DNA of 64,000 bases from Eledone cirrhosa (Eukaryota). Made by a program: the position numbers and the translations under genes. Below are positions 63,717 through 64,000 of the stretch, one piece after another. Position 1 is the stretch's first letter; each line of letters opens with the position of its first letter. The stretch spans positions 24,490,001 through 24,554,000 of the forward strand of contig OZ024764.1 of NCBI GenBank assembly GCA_964016885.1, given 5' to 3'. The notes below the pieces were generated by a model. The model did no database searches, was not told where the DNA came from, and worked only from the letters and a program-made list of their open reading frames with translations.

Positions 63717-63731
<15 letters not shown>
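63453..63731. mobile_element. Palindrome (~123-bp arms, ~31-nt loop), Penelope-like inverted pseudo-LTR remnant
   Basis: 63453-63576 pairs with 63608-63731; hammerhead core in the arms; TA flanks. Confidence 0.8.
63501..63570 (-). ncRNA. Minimal type-I hammerhead ribozyme, intact core
   Basis: Minus strand TATTTTAT-CTGATGA-GAACACAA...TTGTATTC-GAAA-TGCGCA-TA-ATAATATA; perfect palindromic stem III. The plus-strand twin (63614-63682) reads CTGATAA. Confidence 0.8.
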
Positions 63732-63767
<36 letters not shown>

Positions 63768-64000
63768 CTAGCAGAGTTTAGCCCGGCGTTGCTCGGGTTT
63801 ATTCATTTGCTATGAAAAGTTACATACAGGTAAACGTGGCTTGAAAGTGAATAAGCTTATCAATTAAGTGCATAAAGCAGTTGAACCGGTTATTAAAAGT
63901 TATGAACCAATTAGCATTTTGGTCAATCAATGATGGGTTAATCTTCCAATAGCGAATTTAGCAGACCAAAGTTGCAAGATGGTGGCCCTGATGCCGCTGG
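63768..64000 (-). mobile_element. Helitron-like 3' end, running off the window
   Basis: A|CTAGCAGAGTTTAGCCCGGCGTTGCTCGGG, same motif as 16829-16853 inverted. Confidence 0.6.

Overview
Repeat-saturated, AT-rich animal genomic DNA. The repeat landscape suggests a mollusc, probably an octopus-type cephalopod (inference). No complete host gene is visible. The main structure is a young Tx1-clade (L1-group) non-LTR retrotransposon present three times: a copy cut by the window edge (1-3308), a full-length 5.6-kb two-ORF copy (8292-13923), and an inverted 1.18-kb internally deleted copy with ORF1 fused in frame to the ORF2 tail (50965-52145). All five visible junctions fall at the same phase of one 72-bp tandem repeat. 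That repeat looks like the amplified subterminal segment of an older TTAA-ended MITE, whose other arm follows every downstream array. The LINEs and arrays are nearly identical between loci while the MITE arms are only about 80% identical, which suggests a MITE/minisatellite-targeting retroelement that travels with or regenerates its own target array. The rest of the window holds RTE LINE fragments carrying a PHD-like finger, RTE-tailed tRNA-derived SINEs, an R4/Dong-like fragment in (TATG)n, Helitron-type ends, minisatellites grown from TE sub-fragments, about 15 kb of alternating purine-pyrimidine satellite and a 3.6-kb (CCA)n tract. At 55-64 kb there is a cluster of long palindromes, several containing Penelope-type minimal hammerhead ribozymes. 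Most long ORFs in the supplied track are artefacts of stop-free simple repeats.
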